Positions 58,427-64,000 of a stretch of DNA of 64,000 nt are shown piece after piece. Both the position numbers and the translations under genes were made by a program. The notes below the pieces were generated by a model that was not told the origin of the DNA, did no database searches, and was given only the letters and a program-made list of their open reading frames with translations. Within the stretch, counting starts at the first letter, position 1. Each line of letters begins with the position of its first letter. Origin of the DNA: Auanema rhodensis (lineage: Eukaryota; Animalia; Nematoda); contig OZ059900.1 of assembly GCA_964057225.1 (NCBI GenBank), positions 10,788,001 through 10,852,000 on the forward strand, in the 5' to 3' direction.

Positions 58427-58891
58427 ATGGAACTTTTATGTAACAAATATTGTGGTACATGCAAGGAAATATTTTCTTCAACCAAGCATTTTAGTGATCA
58501 CGTTTTGAAAAGACATGCAGGGATTCAACCCGTATGTAACAATTATATCAGCAATGCTGACTTTATTCAAAAATATGGACATTTGGATGGTGTTCGTAGA
58601 CGTTTGTGCCCTCATTGTAGTGAAACTTTTGGAACAAGATTCAATTGTGAGCGTCATATTCGGCGTATTCATAATAATAATGGAACGAATGGTGAAGATG
58701 GTGATGGAAATGATACCAGCAAACCCTTTGAAAAAGCTGAGGAGTTTGTACATTCAACCCAATCAAAAAGATGCCGCAGCAATAGTGACGGAGAACATTC
58801 ACAACACGAGCCGAGCGACAAACAAAACTGCCCTAAACTATCTTTTAAACCTTCGAAAATAAAAATGTGGTATTGTATAACTGTTGAATAA
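58427..58891 (+). CDS. C2H2 zinc-finger protein (copy 2)
   Basis: Homolog of 20291-20755. Confidence 0.8.
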   Translation: MELLCNKYCGTCKEIFSSTKHFSDHVLKRHAGIQPVCNNYISNADFIQKYGHLDGVRRRLCPHCSETFGTRFNCERHIRRIHNNNGTNGEDGDGNDTSKPFEKAEEFVHSTQSKRCRSNSDGEHSQHEPSDKQNCPKLSFKPSKIKMWYCITVE

Positions 58892-58896
58892 AACGT

Positions 58897-59754
58897 TTAT
58901 TTCATATTTTTAACATGCAATGTAACAACTGTAGAACCATAATTAAATTGCATAGGACGACCAAATTCATCTAAAATTTCAATACGTATGGTATCGAGTG
59001 TTTGTCTAGTGATTGGTACATAACGAATAGGATTAAATGTTTTGGCAATCATTTTACCAAATTCAGTAGGAGGTGGTACAGGTAAACATGCAAGTAAATT
59101 AGCTTTCACATTACCAAGAATGGAATATTCTACAATATCACAATATATATACATTGTATTAATGTTATTTGAAAAATCAATGGGACGCCTGGCTATTATT
59201 GTATCGTTGATGTTTTTATTCTCAAAGCCAAGAAAATATGCAAAATCATCACCAAGCGTTGCATTCAACAATAGTCGCTTGCTTGTTACAAACTCTATGC
59301 GCTGCAATGTTTTGTTAAACTGAAATGTGGCATCTGCGAGCATTTCCTCCACTAGCTTAGCCTCAGCCTGGCGATTATTATACCATTTTTTTACATCTTC
59401 ATCTTTATCTATTAAACTTTTTATACGTGCTTCTTCCTCAGCTCCAAGAGGCTTTGTATTGTTGGCGATAAATGATTCTCTTCCAGCATTGATTCCGCGT
59501 ATTATTTCATCACCATTTGCATAGTTGCCTTTAGGCAAGTGTAGAATAAATTTTCTATTGGAAAAACGTAGTGTATAAGATAAATCTTTTTGAACATTTA
59601 ATATAGAACAAGGAAAAATGATGTCTGTCAGCCCAATGCAATATCTATTATTGCGTAGCCTTAGTGTTTCAGGTAATCTGGTAAGAAACACTGATGATGT
59701 ATTACTTTTTTCAGAGTCAACTGATGATGGAAGAGTAATGTAAAAATCATCCAT
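58897..59754 (-). CDS. Minor capsid protein (copy 2)
   Basis: Homolog of 20761-21618. Confidence 0.85.
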   Translation of the reverse strand: MDDFYITLPSSVDSEKSNTSSVFLTRLPETLRLRNNRYCIGLTDIIFPCSILNVQKDLSYTLRFSNRKFILHLPKGNYANGDEIIRGINAGRESFIANNTKPLGAEEEARIKSLIDKDEDVKKWYNNRQAEAKLVEEMLADATFQFNKTLQRIEFVTSKRLLLNATLGDDFAYFLGFENKNINDTIIARRPIDFSNNINTMYIYCDIVEYSILGNVKANLLACLPVPPPTEFGKMIAKTFNPIRYVPITRQTLDTIRIEILDEFGRPMQFNYGSTVVTLHVKNMK

Positions 59755-59833
59755 GACAAACCACCACTTGATACGTGTACACTATTGCAAATGAAATCAT
59801 TTGCATTTTAGGTACATTTACGAGTGGTTGATT

Positions 59834-60481
59834 ATGGTTTTCAGCTTCAAACTACCCAGTCAGACAACTGTAATAGGTGCTACCCAATGCGGTAAAACAA
59901 CCCTCATAAAGCACATATGTGAAAATACTGAAAAGTTTTTCAACGTCCCCATTGATAGAATATTCTGGTTTAGTCAATGTGGGTCATCGTCAGGTGTACC
60001 AATAAATGATGAGCGTTTAATAATTATTCAAGGGCCTCCTGATCCTGATTTGATAAAAGAACAAAAGGGAGTAAATACTATACTAGTGCTGGATGATTTG
60101 ATGAACTTTTTTTCATCGAATAAAGCAGCAAAGGAATTACTCAACAACATTTTTACAGTATGGGCTCATCACTGGAATTTGGCAGTGTTTAATCTTGTGC
60201 AAGCGGCATTTCAACTGGACAGGACCAGTCGAATCAATAGTACATATATAATACTGATGAAAAGTCATTCAGATATATTACAAATACGTAATTGTCTGCA
60301 GCAATTATTTGGGCCACGTTTCAAAAATGCTCTAGAGGCGTATGATGATGCAATGTCTACTCCCTATAGTCATTTACTGATTGACAATCATCCTTTAACA
60401 AGTGAGAAGCAGCGTATACTATCTGATATAACAGCGGAGAACCCTATTGTTTATGTGGCCAGAAATGTGTTTAGTGTTTAA
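59834..60481 (+). CDS. Packaging ATPase (copy 2)
   Basis: Homolog of 21698-22345. Confidence 0.92.
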   Translation: MVFSFKLPSQTTVIGATQCGKTTLIKHICENTEKFFNVPIDRIFWFSQCGSSSGVPINDERLIIIQGPPDPDLIKEQKGVNTILVLDDLMNFFSSNKAAKELLNNIFTVWAHHWNLAVFNLVQAAFQLDRTSRINSTYIILMKSHSDILQIRNCLQQLFGPRFKNALEAYDDAMSTPYSHLLIDNHPLTSEKQRILSDITAENPIVYVARNVFSV

Positions 60482-60493
60482 AGTGCTTGTTCA

Positions 60494-60802
60494 ATGAGTG
60501 GTCGTATTTTGTCAAATTTCAACTTTTTGTCTTCTTGCGCCAAAACTCCTTGTTCTGTTTCCTCATTTTCTTTTGCACAAATTGAAATTATTGTTGAAAT
60601 TGTATTTAATATTGTGAAAAATAATAATTTTCTTTTAACTAACAAGGAATATAAAACCCTCTTGCCCATATCTTCATTATTACGTCAAATAGCTTTGATA
60701 CGCACACCGGAAAAGGCTAAATCATTATTGGCAACGCTTTCACACAAACAATTGAAAACAATAGTTACATGTGGTATTGCCTATTTTGGTTTTAAATCAT
60801 GA
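60494..60802 (+). CDS. Hypothetical protein, 102 aa (copy 2)
   Basis: Homolog of 22358-22666. Confidence 0.7.
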   Translation: MSGRILSNFNFLSSCAKTPCSVSSFSFAQIEIIVEIVFNIVKNNNFLLTNKEYKTLLPISSLLRQIALIRTPEKAKSLLATLSHKQLKTIVTCGIAYFGFKS

Positions 60803-61515
60803 AGCTCAACCATAAATATCGACTAATTCCTGTCGACGAGGAAACAATTAATATAGACAAGTTTGATGCAGAGCTCAAGCTTTTACGAGAAAATAGAGCT
60901 ATACCCGACTATAAAAAGGCTGAACTATACGAAGACTTGATTGCTCGTCTCAAAAACTATAGAGAAAGTATAGATGCGCCCATATCAGTACAAGTGGAAA
61001 ATGTTGATCCACCTCTATTGCCAGAATACAAGTTGCCAAGAAAGTATAACAATTTGTGGGAGAAATTTCCAGAGGTGCGCACAAACAAGAATAACCAACT
61101 TGTGATTAATAATGAGGCTGTACCAAACACGAATATTACAAAAATTTTAGATTTTGTATTGGATAAAACAAAAACGGAGCCCAATGGATTTTCAGTCTTG
61201 TCAAAGTTTTTAGCCAGTAAAGGCGTACCTAGTTCTAACAAGAAACAAACTAGAAGAGAGTCGGCTGACAATGATTCAGTTGACGTTGTAACTAGAGCTG
61301 AACCGGCTGTTACAGACTTGGACTCTACTATATTACCTAGAACGCCTCGTCATCGTAAAGCTGTTATTCGATATTCACCATCACCGGTTCGTACACTCAA
61401 AAGTAAAAGGTCAAAGACTTTTGATACTGCCGCCGAATCATATTACACACCACAAGAAGGAGACTCACAGAATGGCCAAGGTCGTAAAAGGTTCTACATT
61501 AGATTATGGAAATGA
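60799..61515 (+). CDS. Hypothetical protein, 238 aa (copy 2)
   Basis: Homolog of 22663-23379. Confidence 0.75.
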   Translation: MKLNHKYRLIPVDEETINIDKFDAELKLLRENRAIPDYKKAELYEDLIARLKNYRESIDAPISVQVENVDPPLLPEYKLPRKYNNLWEKFPEVRTNKNNQLVINNEAVPNTNITKILDFVLDKTKTEPNGFSVLSKFLASKGVPSSNKKQTRRESADNDSVDVVTRAEPAVTDLDSTILPRTPRHRKAVIRYSPSPVRTLKSKRSKTFDTAAESYYTPQEGDSQNGQGRKRFYIRLWK

Positions 61516-62539
61516 TATTTTGGCGAGCATTTATTACGATATAAAACACCCAGCTTCATATACATCAGCCAAGAATTTATTATCGCAAGCACGAAAACAT
61601 GGCATTTCAAAGGTACAAGTTGATGATTTTTTGCAAGATTCTGAAACTTTTACACGACATAAACCAACCAGAATGCGTATGCAGACTAGAAAGACTAGAG
61701 GATGTGGTCGATTTCTAACAGTGCAAGCAGATTTGGTTGATATGCAAAAATATAAAAAATTAAACGACGGCTATGCTTACATGTTGACCATGATTGATGT
61801 TTATACACGCATGTTATATGTTAGGCCTTTGAAAACTAAAGGTGGTATAGAGGTTGCTAGTGCATTTGAAAGTTTATTCAAGAATTTTATACCAATTCAG
61901 TTGATTACTGATAATGGCACAGAGTTTTATAATAGTCATTGTGAAAAACTATTCAAAAAGTTTGCCATACTGCACGGATCTACAAGTTCACCACAAAAGG
62001 CTGCAATGGTGGAGCGAGCAAATAGAACTTTAAAAACACGCATGATGAAATATCTCTATTACAAGAATAATCATCGTTGGATTGATATCCTAGATGATTT
62101 GGTTGAAGGAATAAACAAATCTTATAACCGCTCTATAAAAATGCGGCCCATTGATGTTAAAGCAAATATATTCATTGAAGAATATGCACCAGCTGTTAAA
62201 AGCCGCTTTAAAATTGGTGATACTGTTCGCATAAGCAAAAATAGGCGTACTTTTGAAAAAAGCTACGAGTCTGGATATACAATGGAGCTGTTCACAATTG
62301 ATGAGGTTGTAACCGGAAACCCAACCGTGTATAAACTTGTAGATTATAATGGTGAACGTATAAAGGGAATATTCTACGAACCTGAACTTGTCTTAGCTAC
62401 TAATAAAAGCAACAAGTACTATATAGAAAAAGTTTTAAAAGAGCGTACTCGAAGCGGTAAACGTCAAGTATTTGTAAAATGGAGTGGATATCCCGACAAC
62501 TTTAATGAATGGATAGATGCAGAAAATTTAAATGTATAA
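61472..62539 (+). CDS. int: rve integrase with chromodomain (copy 2)
   Basis: Homolog of 23336-24403. Confidence 0.93.
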   Translation: MAKVVKGSTLDYGNDILASIYYDIKHPASYTSAKNLLSQARKHGISKVQVDDFLQDSETFTRHKPTRMRMQTRKTRGCGRFLTVQADLVDMQKYKKLNDGYAYMLTMIDVYTRMLYVRPLKTKGGIEVASAFESLFKNFIPIQLITDNGTEFYNSHCEKLFKKFAILHGSTSSPQKAAMVERANRTLKTRMMKYLYYKNNHRWIDILDDLVEGINKSYNRSIKMRPIDVKANIFIEEYAPAVKSRFKIGDTVRISKNRRTFEKSYESGYTMELFTIDEVVTGNPTVYKLVDYNGERIKGIFYEPELVLATNKSNKYYIEKVLKERTRSGKRQVFVKWSGYPDNFNEWIDAENLNV

Positions 62540-62837
62540 TTTTTCAATGTTATAAACAATTGTAATTATAATAAATGATTTATTTGATATATCGCATAAT
62601 GTAACAATAAAAAACCAGCAAAATACAAACAACAATTCAACCTGGAAAAAAAAAAATGTAGACTATTCAAATTTTCAAATTCTTACCAGTTGGTTGATCA
62701 TTTGTCCTCAATTGATGAGCCATTGATGGATATTCGCAAGAGCTGGAAAAAAAAAAAATGTTACGGCTGAGAATATAAAAATGCCACATAACAAAACAAG
62801 AATAAAACGCCAATTGTACTATTTGTGCTTGTTGTAG

Positions 62838-63422
62838 TCAAAATGAAGGATCAAAGCGGATAAACATGTTCAGGTTGAGTGCTTCAGGACTTAGTTTAAA
62901 GTAGAATACATTCTGCTTATAACCAAAAGTCTTTACAGTAGCCTCATCTGCATATATAACAATATAGCCCATATTGTTCAACAATTGCTTGCACGTCATG
63001 GTATTATAAGAGCGCATCTAAAAAATGATAAAATTGAAAATAAATAAATATGCAAGCTTACATTAATAGAGAACTTTTCGGGCTTATAGTGACGAAATTC
63101 CTTCAAAAGACCCAACGCATCATTCCTTCCTCTACACTTTATACAGAGGCTGAAACAGTGATACTCGTCTATAACCTGCAATGATTCCCTACAAGTTTTG
63201 CAGAGACAAATTGGTCTCATTAATACACTCCTTGGTGGAGTGCTCTCTCTCAGAATCTCCATCTGCTTTATTGGTGAATCTAAATTAAAGATTTAAAAAA
63301 TACAAGTTAAGGTTCATACCAAAACTTGTAAAATTTGGAGCTGGTGTGGGTGGTCGTGGTACTTCAGGTTCAGGCGATTTGCGCACAACATTTGTCACAT
63401 CAGCAAGTACAGCACGCTTCAT
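62838..63422 (-). CDS. Spliced D-box/Cys-cluster accessory gene (copy 2)
   Basis: Homolog of 24699-25283 with splice sites conserved. Confidence 0.75.
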
Positions 63423-64000
63423 TTCCGCTAAAGATCCAACTTTCTAAAATATAAGGCAAACTTGCAGAGAGGAGCAGTCTATGGCGATTGGGAAAGAGTG
63501 GCAGAAGATGGTGAAACGTCGGATCCTCGGATAGTTGGCAGAGCTGAAATGTAAATGTAGCAAAATTGCCAACCTTTTATACAAAGATTTTTGTAAAGTA
63601 CAACCCATTGTGTTACAATCAAGTTTGCTGATGAAATTCTTTTATTAATTAGATTTTACAGCATATTTATGCAGATATACTCATCTCATCGACAGTTGCC
63701 AGCAGTTGGCGCACTCTGAACCTGTAAACAATCTGCATATTAATTAGTTTTTACATCTCTTTAAACATTATTGTTTACCGTTTGTGCCATAAACAACAGC
63801 CATCTCTGTAAAACATTTACGCTTTTTAAACTTTGCTTAATAGCTCATATATTAATCATAGTATACTTTTAAACCCATATTGTACCACAAAACATATGAC
63901 AGCCAACGTTTTATATGTGAAAAATATTTCATTCTTTAATATTTAATAATGATTATATTACGAAACTAAAACTTTTGAAATGTTAAAATGATTATACTAT

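Larger units (their letters stand above)
49295..64000 (+). mobile_element. Maverick/Polinton copy 2 (right TIR outside window)
   Basis: Starts AGTAGAGAGCCGTGC and is colinear with copy 1 at an offset of about 38.14 kb. Expected end near 65.0 kb, followed by TSD AGCAAT. Confidence 0.96.

Noticed and set aside
49295-64000. Maverick copy 2 as a segmental duplication or assembly duplicate of copy 1
   Set aside because: Homology starts exactly at the TIR, the flanks differ, and there are scattered, largely synonymous substitutions.

Overview
Eukaryotic DNA, most likely from a nematode (inferred from the tRNA sequence, the 40-46 nt introns and the element families). It contains no host protein-coding gene. 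The backbone is a tandem array of 72 tRNA-Ser(GCT) genes on the minus strand with an exact 248-bp period. Three LTR retrotransposons interrupt or bound the array: the 3' end of a Gypsy element (1-3847), a complete env-bearing BEL/Pao element (4945-30410, TSD CAGGT), and the 5' end of a second copy of the same Gypsy family (from 47243). Two closely related Maverick/Polinton elements sit inside those retroelements. Copy 1 is complete (11186-26878, about 1-kb TIRs, TSD GATATT) and splits the BEL/Pao pol-env frame. Copy 2 (from 49295, running off the window) interrupts the probable Gypsy gag. Manual splicing recovers two Maverick genes the ORF track only shows in fragments: a 14-exon, 1369-aa protein-primed DNA polymerase B, and a 3-exon, 166-aa gene with an N-terminal APC/C destruction-box motif, CDK-type sites and a Cys/His cluster. 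The capsid, protease, ATPase and integrase genes are intronless. All calls come from reading motifs by eye; no database search was run.
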